Shown here: piece by piece, positions 19,848 to 30,454 of the stretch
How positions within the stretch are numbered: position 1 is the stretch's first letter
How the letters are laid out: each line of letters opens with the position of its first letter
Assembly: GCA_963716395.1 (NCBI GenBank)
Contig: OY970309.1
Coordinates: forward strand, 2,208,001-2,272,000
From: an uncultured Fibrobacteria bacterium
GTDB taxonomy: Bacteria > Fibrobacterota > Fibrobacteria > UBA11236
Reading direction: 5' to 3'
Length of the DNA stretch: 64,000 nt
Made by a program: the position numbers and the translations under genes
The notes under the pieces: model-generated
The model's database searches: none
The model's input: the letters and a program-made list of their open reading frames with translations, nothing else
What the model was told of the DNA's origin: nothing

Positions 19848-20869
19848 AAGGCTTCTTGGATCTTTCCGAAAAGGAACGTACCGGATATTTTCAGGAAGCC
19901 GCGAACCGGCTGGCCTTACTTCCCGTAATCGTGGAAAAGGATTTCTGGGTTACATGGACTTTGGATCGGGTATTCGCCCTGCCGGATGCGGCGTCCCGCT
20001 ATTTGTTCAAAGGTGGTACGTCGTTGTCCAAGGTATTTCGTGTCATCGAAAGGTTTTCCGAGGACATCGATCTCGGTGTCGCCCCGGCGCAATTGGGGTG
20101 GTCGGAATCCGATTTGGACGATGCGCCGTCTCCAACTCAACGCCAAAAGCGGATGAAAAAATTGGAGGAGGATTGCGCGAAGTGGTTGGAGCATACCTTT
20201 ATGCCGGAACTGGAACAGGAAATCCGGTCCAAAATCGGGATGGCGAAACCCGGAGTGGGTTGGCTAAAATTCGAGCGCGATCCTGTGACCCATTCAGCGG
20301 TCGTGTATTTCATGTATCCATCCTCATTTGCTCCCGAATCGGGATACATTGCCCCCATGGTCAAGTTGGAATTCGGTTCCCTCACGGATCAGCAACCCAG
20401 AAGTCCCCATTCCATCAAGCCTTTGCTGGCGGATGTTTTCGACGAATCCTTTCCGGAGTTCAGCGCGCAGGTTATCGCCTTGGAATTGGAACGGACCTTC
20501 TGGGAAAAGGCGACCATTCTCCACAAGGAATACCATCGCCCTGATGCAGACCGCATCCGGGATCGCTATGCGAGGCATTATTCCGATTTCGCCGCCTTGT
20601 GGCGTCATCCATCCCGAAAAAATTCGTTGAGTAGATTGGACTTGCTGGAGCGCGTGGCATTGCATAAAGGACGGTTTTTCAAAACGTCTTGGTCCTCATA
20701 CGATACAGCCAAACCTGGACAACTGAAATTCGTTCCCAAACCGCAACGGATAAAGGAGTTGGAACGGGATTATGAATTGATGGAGCCAATGTTCGCCACC
20801 AAACCTCCGCCTTTCGGTGAAATCCTGGAAACTCTCGCCGATGCCGAACGCGTGATCAACAAATTATGA
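19844..20869 (+). CDS. abiEii: AbiEii/AbiGii nucleotidyltransferase toxin
   Basis: VEKDFWV, FKGGTSLSK, RFSEDIDL, ERTFWEKATILH, RHYSD; GTGA overlap with the antitoxin. Confidence 0.93.
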   Translation: MKGFLDLSEKERTGYFQEAANRLALLPVIVEKDFWVTWTLDRVFALPDAASRYLFKGGTSLSKVFRVIERFSEDIDLGVAPAQLGWSESDLDDAPSPTQRQKRMKKLEEDCAKWLEHTFMPELEQEIRSKIGMAKPGVGWLKFERDPVTHSAVVYFMYPSSFAPESGYIAPMVKLEFGSLTDQQPRSPHSIKPLLADVFDESFPEFSAQVIALELERTFWEKATILHKEYHRPDADRIRDRYARHYSDFAALWRHPSRKNSLSRLDLLERVALHKGRFFKTSWSSYDTAKPGQLKFVPKPQRIKELERDYELMEPMFATKPPPFGEILETLADAERVINKL

Positions 20870-20957
20870 GCGGCTCCAACTTCGCTTTCCTCCTAACCGA
20901 ATGGCCCGCCGTATACGAGGCCGCCGTCAAGGCGGCCAATGCCGCGCACCCGGATCG
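20866..20957 (+). pseudogene. 5' stub of an EcoAI/EcoEI-type hsdR gene
   Basis: ATGA overlap with abiEii stop; MSGSNFAFLLTEWPAVYEAAVKAANAAHPD resembles the SNFAFL..EWP...A.KAE....PDP N-terminus of these HsdR proteins, then GC content drops abruptly and a stop follows at 21015. Confidence 0.6.
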
Positions 20958-21157
20958 CTCTGCCATTCACAATGGAAGCCAAAATTGCCTCTTTAAATAT
21001 TGCAGCCTCAAGTAGCAAATCACTTGTAGGACTAAAAATTGAAGTTAAGGCAATAAAGACAGCGCTTTTGAAGGAAAATTGGTCGGCATCGTTGGACGAT
21101 GTCAGAACTTTTTTACCCAAAATAAGGTGGTTTTTAGGTTCTCCACCTACCTCCTGA
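20958..21157 (+). pseudogene. Probable 3' remnant of a large serine recombinase gene
   Basis: LPFTMEAKIAS...KENWSASLDDVRTFL matches the PF...W....D.VRT tail typical of island serine recombinases; recalled pattern, no catalytic domain present. Confidence 0.45.
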
Positions 21158-21513
21158 GAGGGGCTCGCTTGCGAAACCAAGCCACCGCCGGTCTACCAAG
21201 GGCTTGCTTTTCCGTCCTTCGCGGTCTTTCAGTCGGCCGCCGGGGCAGCCCGAAAACCGGCGCTGGGGTCAAGTGGCGCGCCGAAACACAAAATAGGGCG
21301 CACTGAACAAAGACGGCCACGAAAACGAACCCCGGCTATACAGGCTTTGAAGAATGGCCCCGCGATCTTTCAGTCGCGGGGCGGGGTAAAGTGACGATTT
21401 TAAAGGGGGCGGGAACACCTAAGCCTGTGATTCTCTATGATTAACGCCGAATTATGCAAGCTACTATGTTGCCTTATATATTTTTCAAGGCTATCTGACG
21501 GCTAAAGAGGCAT

Positions 21514-21720
21514 ATGACGGAACAAAACATCCCTGCGTTGATCAAAGACCTAAGGGCACGACTGCATTTGACTCAGGAACAGTTCGCCCAGAAGGTTGGG
21601 GTCACGTACAGTACCGTAAATAATTGGGAAAACGGAAAGCGTATTCCGTTGCCGTTTTTAATTCGTCGCTTGATTGAACTCAAGGAAGAATTGGATCAAA
21701 AGGGAAAAAAGAAAAGGTGA
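21514..21720 (+). CDS. XRE-family HTH regulator (controller-like) heading the R-M operon
   Basis: [33 protein letters not shown]; RBS AGAGG; GTGA overlap with hsdM. Confidence 0.88.
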   Translation: MTEQNIPALIKDLRARLHLTQEQFAQKVGVTYSTVNNWENGKRIPLPFLIRRLIELKEELDQKGKKKR

Positions 21721-23294
21721 AATCCATGGCCCGCAAGGCGAAAACGGAAAAAAATCAAAACGGCAACGGAGCCACCTTGGGTTTTGAAACCAAGCTTTGG
21801 CAAGCTGCGGATAAACTTCGCAACAATATGGACGCCGCCGAGTATAAGCATGTTGTTCTCGGCCTTGTTTTCCTGAAATACATCTCAGATGCTTTCGAGG
21901 AACAGCGCACTAAACTCGTCGCCGATAAAAAAAGCGGAGCAGATCCCGAAGACCCGGATGAATATCGCGCCTTCAATATTTTTTGGGTTCCAAAAGAAGC
22001 GCGTTGGCCTTTTTTACAAGGCAAAGCTAAACAGCCGGGCATCGGCAAATATCTCGACGATGCCATGGTTGCCATCGAACGCGACAACAAAACTTTGAAA
22101 GGAGTGTTGCCAAAGGATTTCGCCCGCCCGGCTTTGGACAAGCAACGGCTGGGTGAATTGATAGACCTGATCGGAACCATCGGGTTAGGCGACAAGGAAA
22201 ACCGCTCCAAGGATATTCTTGGTCGCGTGTACGAATACTTCCTTGGCCAATTCGCCAGCGCGGAAGGCAAAAAGGGCGGACAATTCTATACGCCGCGTTG
22301 CGTGGTGCAAGTCTTGGTGGAAATGTTGGCTCCGTACAAGGGTAGGGTTTACGATCCCTGCTGCGGTTCAGGCGGTATGTTCGTGCAAAGCGAAAAATTT
22401 ATTGAAGAACACGGCGGCAAGGTCGGCGACATCAGCATTTACGGTCAGGAGTCGAATAACACTACTTGGCGTTTGGCCAAAATGAATCTTGCCATTCGGG
22501 GAATTGACACAAATCTTGGCACCGAGAACGCCGATAGCTTTCACCGTGATATGCATCCGGATCTTAAAGCGGATTACGTTCTAGCTAACCCGCCCTTCAA
22601 TGACAGCGATTGGGGCGGGAATCGTCTTCGTGAGGACAAGCGCTGGAAATTTGGTCTTCCACCTTCGGGCAATGCCAACTTCGGATGGGTTCAGCATTTC
22701 ATCCATCATTTAAGCCCCACCGGCTTGGCCGGATTCGTACTCGCTAACGGGAGTATGTCCAGCAATCAAAGTGGGGAAGGGGAGATCCGCAAGAACATTA
22801 TCGAAGCGGACTTGGTGGATTGCATGGTGGCCATGCCGGGCCAGCTTTTTTATTCCACGCAAATTCCAGTTTGCCTGTGGTTTCTCACCCGCGACAAGAA
22901 AAACAGTCGCTTCAAGGATCGACGGTGCAAGGTGCTGTTCATCGACGCTCGTAAACTCGGAACCTTGATCGACCGAGTACATCGGGAATTGACGCCCGAA
23001 GACATCCGTAAAATCTCAGGTACTTACCATGCTTGGCGCGGCGACAAGGGGGCAGGGAAATATCAGGACACCAACGGTTTCTGCAAATCGGCATCGCTGG
23101 ATGAGATTCGCGGGCACGGGCATGTGCTTACGCCGGGGCGTTACGTGGGCGCGGAGGAAGTCGAGGATGACGGCGAACCGTTCGACGAAAAAATGAAGCG
23201 GCTCTCGAAAACCTTGGCGACACAATTCACCGAAGGCGCGAAATTGGAAAAAGCGATTCGGGAAAATCTTAAAGGGTTGGGGTTTGGATTATGA
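21717..23294 (+). CDS. hsdM: Type I R-M methyltransferase subunit M
   Basis: [41 protein letters not shown]. Confidence 0.97.
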   Translation: MKSMARKAKTEKNQNGNGATLGFETKLWQAADKLRNNMDAAEYKHVVLGLVFLKYISDAFEEQRTKLVADKKSGADPEDPDEYRAFNIFWVPKEARWPFLQGKAKQPGIGKYLDDAMVAIERDNKTLKGVLPKDFARPALDKQRLGELIDLIGTIGLGDKENRSKDILGRVYEYFLGQFASAEGKKGGQFYTPRCVVQVLVEMLAPYKGRVYDPCCGSGGMFVQSEKFIEEHGGKVGDISIYGQESNNTTWRLAKMNLAIRGIDTNLGTENADSFHRDMHPDLKADYVLANPPFNDSDWGGNRLREDKRWKFGLPPSGNANFGWVQHFIHHLSPTGLAGFVLANGSMSSNQSGEGEIRKNIIEADLVDCMVAMPGQLFYSTQIPVCLWFLTRDKKNSRFKDRRCKVLFIDARKLGTLIDRVHRELTPEDIRKISGTYHAWRGDKGAGKYQDTNGFCKSASLDEIRGHGHVLTPGRYVGAEEVEDDGEPFDEKMKRLSKTLATQFTEGAKLEKAIRENLKGLGFGL

Positions 23295-23345
23295 ATGACA
23301 TGGTGAAGTTGTTGGGCTGTTTTTTAGAAAAGATGGGAGCATGAT

Positions 23346-23779
23346 ATGGCCGCCACGTTGGATCTCTCTTCATTTAAGGAAGCTATCGCTTCGCTGGAAA
23401 GCGGGTTGGGCACGGTCAGCAATGCTGAATGGTTCAAGCAGCAATCCCCCGCCGTGCAAAACACTTTAGTCGCGGGCGTGATCCAGAACTTCGAGTTTGT
23501 TTATGAAATAGGCATTAAGATGATTCGATCGCGCGCATTGAACTGGACGCGGCGAGTCCTTCGGAGGCTGATTTCAGCGAGTTCCGGGATTTATTGCGGA
23601 CGGCGGCAGAGAAGGGGTTGATCAAGGACGTTGAAGCCTGGTTCAACTATCGTAAGATGCGCAACATCACTTCGCATACCTATGATCATGAGAAAGCGCA
23701 GCAGATTTATCAGGGCACAATGTCTTTCATCGGCGACGCCCGCGATTTGTTGCAAAGGTTGGAAGCCCGTAATGGCTGA
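23346..23779 (+). CDS. HEPN RNase toxin, HI0074-like; one apparent frameshift near 23530
   Basis: VIQNFEFVYEIGIKMI in the first frame; FRDLLRTAAEKGLIKDVEAWFNYRKMRNITSHTYD in the second (HEPN R-x4-H followed by Tyr). Confidence 0.85.
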
Positions 23780-25320
23780 ACCCTTGATCGACATCCGCCC
23801 CGATCATTCGGGAGATCGTAAGCAGTATTCTGCGCAAGCATGTGCCGCAATACGAAGTTTGGGCTTTTGGTTCCAGGGCAAAATGGAATACGAAAGAATA
23901 TTCCGATCTGGATTTGGCCGTCATCACGGACAAACCGCTTAGCATTGCGGTGAGTGGCGCGTTGTCGGATGATTTTTCAGAATCGGATTTGCCGTACAAG
24001 GTGGACGTGGTGGATTGGGCGACGACTTCGGAATCGTTTCGCAAGATTATTAAGCGGGATAAGGTTGTAGTACAGAAAGCGCGAGACCAGAAAAACGAGA
24101 ACAAGGACGGTGGATGGCGCGATTACACACTTGCAGAAGCAAGCGCTTTTCTAAGTCGTGGAATTACACCCGCATACACTGAAACGGGCGGCGTTCAGAT
24201 TCTGAATCAGAAATGCATTAGGGACGGATCTGTGAGTTTGAATGCTGCGCGTCGTAGTGATCTTGATAAAAAACCCGTGCCGGGCGATAAATTTTTGAAA
24301 CCGTATGATATCCTGGTTAATTCCACAGGCGAAGGAACACTTGGTCGAGTTGGTCAAATCAAAAAAATCTCTGAGCCGACCACAGTTGATTCCCATGTGA
24401 CAATACTAAGACCGAATCCGGCAGTTGTAGAGCCTCGTTATCTCGGTCTCTTGGTTCGCAGTCTTCAGCCCACAATAGAGCAACTCGCCGAGGGCTCAAC
24501 TGGACAAACAGAATTATCTAGAACCCGTCTTGGAGCGCTCGACATCAAACTCCCGCCCCTCACTGAACAAAAATCTATTGCCCACATTCTCGGTTCGTTG
24601 GACGATAAAATCGAAAACAATCGAAGAGTGAATGGGACGTTAGAGGCAATGGCACAGTCGATGTTCAAGAGTTTATTTGTGGATACCGCGCAAAATGGGT
24701 TGCCTAAAGGTTGGTACGAAGTACCGTTACCCGAAGCTATCGAAGTGAATCCATATCGCCCACTTCGTAAAGGTGAAGTTGCGCCCTATTTGGATATGGC
24801 CAACATGCCCACTCGATCCGTTCGAGCGATAGAAGTTTATGATCGCGAATTCGGATCGGGCATGCGTTTCATGGATGGCGATACTCTTGTCGCCCGTATT
24901 ACACCGTGTTTGGAGAACGGAAAAACGTGTTTCGTGGATTTTCTTGGAGATAAAAAAATCGGTTGGGGGTCAACCGAGTACATCGTATTCCATCCTAAGC
25001 CACCTTTACCGCCAGAGTTCGCGTACTTCCTTGCCCGTACTAATGATTTCCGATCCTTCGCGATTTCAAATATGACCGGTACTAGCGGTCGCCAGCGAGT
25101 GCCTTCGGAATGTTTCAAAAACTTTTCGGTTGTTGTTCCCTCCGCCGGTATTGCTGAACGCTTTGGTCTATACGCCAGGGTTGTTTTAGAGAAGATGAAA
25201 GCCAATGACGACGAATCCCGATCTTTAGCAGCTTTCCGAGACGCGCTGCTGCCTAAGTTGTTGAGCGGGGGCGTCCGGGTTAAGGGTATGGGCAACATAA
25301 TGCGAACACTAGGAGAATAA
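23772..25320 (+). CDS. hsdS: MNT (minimal nucleotidyltransferase) antitoxin fused to type I R-M specificity subunit S; apparent +1 insertion near 23809
   Basis: N-terminal VWAFGSRAKWNTKEYSDLDLAV (GS-x10-DxD) and SDLPYKVDVVDW. The same frame continues into two TRDs with PPLTEQKSIAHILGSLDDKIENNRR, LPKGW and RDALLPKLLSG. Confidence 0.88.
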
Positions 25321-26316
25321 ATGGCTAGGGCCGATTTATTAGCCGAACTCGTTCGGCTTGGAATGATCAGCGACAAAAGCCGATTCAGGAAGGTCGTTGA
25401 AGCGATTATAGCCGAAGAGAGGGCTAAGAAGCATACCGTGCTCGCCAACAGCCTAGAAGATCTTCTTCGGCTTACTCCTCAAGAAAAATCTATTCCAAAC
25501 GGCAGCACGATGTTGGATCAGCGCGTGACAAATCTCGTCTTAGAAGTTCTGCCGGAAAGAAACTTTGAAGACCTTATCTTGCCAAAAGAAGTTCTAGACA
25601 TATCTCGTGAAATTGTTCAGGAGCATCATCGTGTCGATCTTTTAAGGTCATACAACTTGGAGCCGCGAAACCGCATTCTTTTTATCGGCCCACCAGGCAA
25701 TGGTAAGACTTCGCTAGCGGAGGGATTCGCAAAAGCGCTCATGGTTCCCCTGCTTATTGTTCGATATGAGGGCGTGGTTGGAACCTACTTGGGTGAGACC
25801 GCTGTAAGGTTGCGTCGTTTGCTTGAGTATGCAAGCACTAAAAAATGCGTTCTCTTTTTCGATGAATTTGAAACTCTCGGAAAAGAGCGTGGTGATAGAC
25901 ATGAAACTGGCGAGATTAAACGCGTTGTTAGTTCTCTTCTGTTGCAGATTGACTCCCTACCCAGTCACGTCGTTGTCATTGGGGCGACAAATCACGCCGA
26001 ACTTCTCGATCGCGCCGTCTGGCGTCGCTTTCAAGTCCGTATGACGTTGCCCGAGCCGACTCGCATGCGTTTGGCCGAGTGGTTTTCCAAGTTTGAACGC
26101 CGCATAAAAGTAAAGGTGGGCTATACTCCTGAAACACTGGCCAAGAAGCTATTTGGGGTGAACTTCGCGGAAGCTGAGGAGTTCGGAGCCAGTATTTTTC
26201 GACAATACGTGCTTGAACAACCCAACGCGCATATGAAGAGCATCGTTGATCGCACCCTGAAAAATTGGGCCGCACGAACGGTAAGAACGAAGCAGCAGAA
26301 TGGAGGCGGTGAATAA
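25321..26316 (+). CDS. AAA+ ATPase, IetA-like
   Basis: GPPGNGKT, FFDEFE, GEIKRVVSSLL, ATNHAELLDRAVWRRF; immediately upstream of an S8 protease. Confidence 0.9.
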   Translation: MARADLLAELVRLGMISDKSRFRKVVEAIIAEERAKKHTVLANSLEDLLRLTPQEKSIPNGSTMLDQRVTNLVLEVLPERNFEDLILPKEVLDISREIVQEHHRVDLLRSYNLEPRNRILFIGPPGNGKTSLAEGFAKALMVPLLIVRYEGVVGTYLGETAVRLRRLLEYASTKKCVLFFDEFETLGKERGDRHETGEIKRVVSSLLLQIDSLPSHVVVIGATNHAELLDRAVWRRFQVRMTLPEPTRMRLAEWFSKFERRIKVKVGYTPETLAKKLFGVNFAEAEEFGASIFRQYVLEQPNAHMKSIVDRTLKNWAARTVRTKQQNGGGE

Positions 26317-28893
26317 TGCCAGATCGACCGCTATTGCTGTTTCCCACTCCAGAAGCGGCTGAACGGGCAAAGCTGCCACCGTCCCCAGGCCGTATTCATC
26401 GACCGTCGCATCATCAGCAGGGCCAGCGTCTTTCTCCTCGCTTTGCTCGTCTTCGAGTCGAATTCGAAGCGCGACGTGTGGAATTACAGCAGACGGCAGT
26501 TGGAGCCGATCCGAAGCAGGTTTTGGTAATCGAAACTGTGGGAAACGTTGAGAATTTTGCCAACACCGTAAAAAAGATCGATGGTTTTGAGTGGATGGGT
26601 GAAATCGAGTCCGACGAGATAGCGCCCGACGCTGACTTTTACGATGAAGGCAACCGAGAACGAGAATTGGGTGGGCGGCTTTATCTAGTGATGACTAATC
26701 AGCGAGCTTCTTGATGAGATATTATCGCTATGGGGCCGATACCAAAATGATCAAAATATGGAGTTTGAGCGCGGGCTTACCAGATTTCGAGATGTTTTCC
26801 TTTGTCTCAAGGATATTCGACGTTGGAGCGTCCGCGATCGAATCGAGGAAACCGGATTGCTCGATGTCTGGCGCGAAGATCTTATGCACGATGGTAACCG
26901 TCCGGTCAGTTTTGAAGTCGAACTCTGGTTTCGTGCTTCGCCAGAAAACCGGCGTGAAGCCCAAACCGAGATCAGTACACTTATTGTAAGCCTCGGTGGA
27001 CGAATTGTAGGGAGTTCGGCGATCGAGGAAGTTGCCTACCATGCTCTACTCGCTGAGGTACCGGCCCAGGCTGCCAATCAGATTGTCAATCATCCGGATG
27101 TAGACCTAATTAAGTGCGATAGCGTTGTGTTTTTTCGACCGGTTGGGCAGATGGCTACCGGTAAAAAGCCTTTCGAAGGCGAATTGTTGGATCAGGAAGC
27201 AAGTGAACTTGCCTTGCCAACCGGCGAGCCTGTCCTTGCGGTGTTGGATGGACTCCCTTTGGCAAATCACAATCTTCTTGCCGATCGATTGATCATTGAC
27301 GACCCCGACGATCATGCTTCGGCATACACAGTCGCAGATCGAATTCATGGAACGGCAATGGCTTCCCTTGTTGTTCATGGTGATCTTAGCGATGGAGAAT
27401 CCCCACTCACACGCCCGGTGTATATCCGTCCGGTTATGAAACCAATCCCATGGATTAATTCTCCTCGTCCTGAAAGGATTCCTGGCGACATATTGGTGGT
27501 GGATTATATCCATCGCGCCGTTCGTAGGATTTTTGAAGGAGAGGGTACAACACGTGCTTCCGCTCCGAGTGTTCGTATTATCAACTTCTCAATTGGCGAC
27601 CGTAACAGACAGTTCATGCAAACCATGAGTCCATTGGCCCGACTGCTTGACTGGCTAAGTGTGAAGTACGGGGTGCTATTCGTGATAAGTGCTGGTAATC
27701 ACGACCGACAGATAGATTTAGGAATGCCGTTAAGCGAATTTCAAGCCTTGTCGAGCAACGACAAGGAGGCACAGATTGTTAGGAATTTATATGGTGATAC
27801 ACGGCACCGCAAGCTGCTTTCCCCGGCGGAAAGTATCAACGGGATCGCAGTAGGTGCATTGCACAGTGATGGGGCAACAAACGTAAAAGTTGGTCACTTA
27901 ATCAATTTGCTGACGAGCGAACTGCCTAGCCCTACTTCAGCATTTGGAAGCGGTTTCAGACGGGCGATCAAACCAGATATTATTTTCAATGGTGGTAGAG
28001 TTCTCCATGAAACTCCCGTTGGAGCAACAGCAGAAGCACGATTTACACCTAAGGATTTTCGAATTCCCCCGGGGAACAAGGTCGCATCTCCTAGCACTCT
28101 TGTTGGCGATCTCACTAAGGTGGCATTCTGTTGCGGTACGAGTAATGCGGCCGCCCTTGTAAGTAGAATGGCAGCGATTTGTCACGATGCTCTTCTCGAA
28201 GTATTTGAAGAACAGGCACCAGATACCGAAACTAGATCACACCTAGCACCCTTGCTAAAGGCAATGATTATTCACAGTGGTTCATGGGGAACTATTGGAA
28301 CCCGGCTGCAAGAAATTCTTCAGACATCAGGGAACGGACACCATATAAGAAACTGGATTTCTCAATGGCTGGGATATGGAGTTCCTAACCACTCACGAGT
28401 ATTGGCCTGCACCGAGCAGCGGGCAACCGTACTCGGATTTGGTCAGCTTGGAGATGGCCAAGCCCATTTGTTTAGATTGCCATTGCCACCATCGCTGGGA
28501 GCAAGGCGGGATAAGCGCAGGCTTACCGTAACTCTGACTTGGCTCTCCCCTGTGGCATGTCGGACGCAGCGTTATCGAATTGGCAGTCTATGGTTCGAAG
28601 TTGAAGGTGGAAACTTGGTTTCAAATCGTCAGGATGCCGATTGGCGCGCTGTTCGGAGAGGCACAGCACAACATGAAGTGTTTGAAGGGGAAAACGCTTT
28701 CCCGGTAACAGACGGCGATACAATCACAATAAAGGTTAACTGTCGGAAAGATGCGGGAAAGATAGAAGAACCGATCCCCTACGGCCTCGTAGTGTCTCTT
28801 GAGGTGGCGGAAGGTATTGATATTGCCATTTACGACGAAATTCGAACACGTATCGTGTCGGCGGTTGAAATTCGAGCAAGGGGAGATCGCTAA
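26316..28893 (+). CDS. S8 subtilisin-like serine protease, IetS/Y4bN-like; apparent +1 insertion near 26708
   Basis: Triad motifs AVLDG, HGTAMASL, GTSNAAA; ISAGN, SPAESIN, IKPD. Removing one T joins 26316-26714 to 26758-28893. Confidence 0.88.
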
Positions 28894-28949
28894 CGTGGTT
28901 AGTGGCATTTATATGGATGGAAAAATATTTATAGAGGCTTTATTCTGAC

Positions 28950-30356
28950 ATGGCCACGACACCCGATCAAATCAATCTTTGGAGACAATCCCCGGAAGGC
29001 CAGCGACTTGAATTCAAGACTGCCAGAACGCAATTCGACAACAAAAAGCTTTATGAATATTGCGTCGCCATAGCCAACGAAGGTGGCGGAAGGTTGATTC
29101 TTGGCGTTGAAGATCAACTACCCAGGCCCGTTGTAGGCACTCAGGCATTCAGAGATCCGATTACCATGACTGAAAAGGTTTTTCAGATGATAGGCTTTCG
29201 GGTCGATATTGATGAAGTTGCACATCCGGACGGACGTGTTTTGGTATTCAACATACCTTCCCGCCCCCGTGGTACCGCCTATCATTTGGAAGGGAAATAT
29301 CTCATGCGATCCGGGGAAGCATTGGTACCCATGAGTGAGGATCAATTGCGCCGAATCTTTGCCGAGGGGGTACCGGACTGGCTGGAAGAACACTCGAAAA
29401 CGGATTTGACCGCCCAGCAAGTAGTGGAGCTAATTGACACCCAATCCTATTTTGAACTTTTGAAACAACCCTACCCGACCGATCGTGAAGGCGTGATTGA
29501 CAAACTAGTCAGGGACAGAATTATCGACAGGATGGACGGGTCTTATTTCATTCGACGCCTTGGCGCGTTGTTACTGGCGAAGCGACTAGAAGATTTTCCC
29601 GACTTGGCAAGGAAGGCGCCGCGGGTGGTCGTTTATCCCGGAATTTCCAAGCTGGAAACACGGTTAGACCAAGTCGGCGCCAAGGGTTATGCGGTTGGAT
29701 TTCAGGGATTGATTCGATTCATTATGGGCCAGTTGCCACAAAATGAAGTCATTGAGGACGCTCTTCGCAAAGAGGTGAAACTAGTCCCGGAAATTACGAT
29801 TCGCGAGCTTGTGGCCAATGCTTTGATTCACCAGGATTTCAAAATATCGGGTGCTTCGGTGATGGTGGAGATCTATACCAACCGCGTGGAAGTTTCGAAC
29901 CCCGGCGAACCCATCGTACCAGCCGATAGGTTTATTGACGGCTACCAATCACGCAACGAGCGTCTTGCCGACCTGATGCGGCGCATGGGAGTTTGCGAGG
30001 AAAAAGGGAGTGGAATAGACAAGGTCATTCAAGCGGTAGAAGTGTATCAGCTTCCCGCCCCGTCTTTCCATACCGGTCATCGGCGGATGATTGTAACGAT
30101 TTTCGGCCCTAAGGATTTCGACGACATGGATAGGGATGACCGAGTTCGAGCCTGCTACCAGCATTGCGCTTTGAAATGGGTAATGTCCGAGAGCATGACC
30201 AACCAAACTCTTCGAGAACGTTTCCGGCTCCCGGAAAGCAAGAGCGCAGTTGTTTCCCAGGTCATTTCAGCCACAATGGAAGCCGGGCTAGTCAAACAGG
30301 ATGAGAAAGTAGGCGGGTCGAGAAAATATGCCCGGTATTTGCCATTTTGGGCCTGA
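28950..30356 (+). CDS. Schlafen/AlbA_2 domain + HATPase-like + wHTH protein
   Basis: EGQRLEFK, VAIANEGGGRLILGVED; RELVANALIHQD, VEVSNPG, SRNERLA, EEKGSGIDK; C-terminal MTNQTLRERF...YLPFWA. Confidence 0.88.
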   Translation: MATTPDQINLWRQSPEGQRLEFKTARTQFDNKKLYEYCVAIANEGGGRLILGVEDQLPRPVVGTQAFRDPITMTEKVFQMIGFRVDIDEVAHPDGRVLVFNIPSRPRGTAYHLEGKYLMRSGEALVPMSEDQLRRIFAEGVPDWLEEHSKTDLTAQQVVELIDTQSYFELLKQPYPTDREGVIDKLVRDRIIDRMDGSYFIRRLGALLLAKRLEDFPDLARKAPRVVVYPGISKLETRLDQVGAKGYAVGFQGLIRFIMGQLPQNEVIEDALRKEVKLVPEITIRELVANALIHQDFKISGASVMVEIYTNRVEVSNPGEPIVPADRFIDGYQSRNERLADLMRRMGVCEEKGSGIDKVIQAVEVYQLPAPSFHTGHRRMIVTIFGPKDFDDMDRDDRVRACYQHCALKWVMSESMTNQTLRERFRLPESKSAVVSQVISATMEAGLVKQDEKVGGSRKYARYLPFWA

Positions 30357-30454
30357 TTCTTATTTAAGGGGGAAGCCAGGCAATGAATCAATATATTTGT
30401 AAGTCATTGAAATACAACGAGTTGCTTATTTAAGCGTTCGCCTGCAGGAGGCTT

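Noticed and set aside
23291-23344. 17-codon ORF ([17 protein letters not shown]) overlapping the hsdM stop
   Set aside because: Too short to support; may only be a coupling spacer or remnant.
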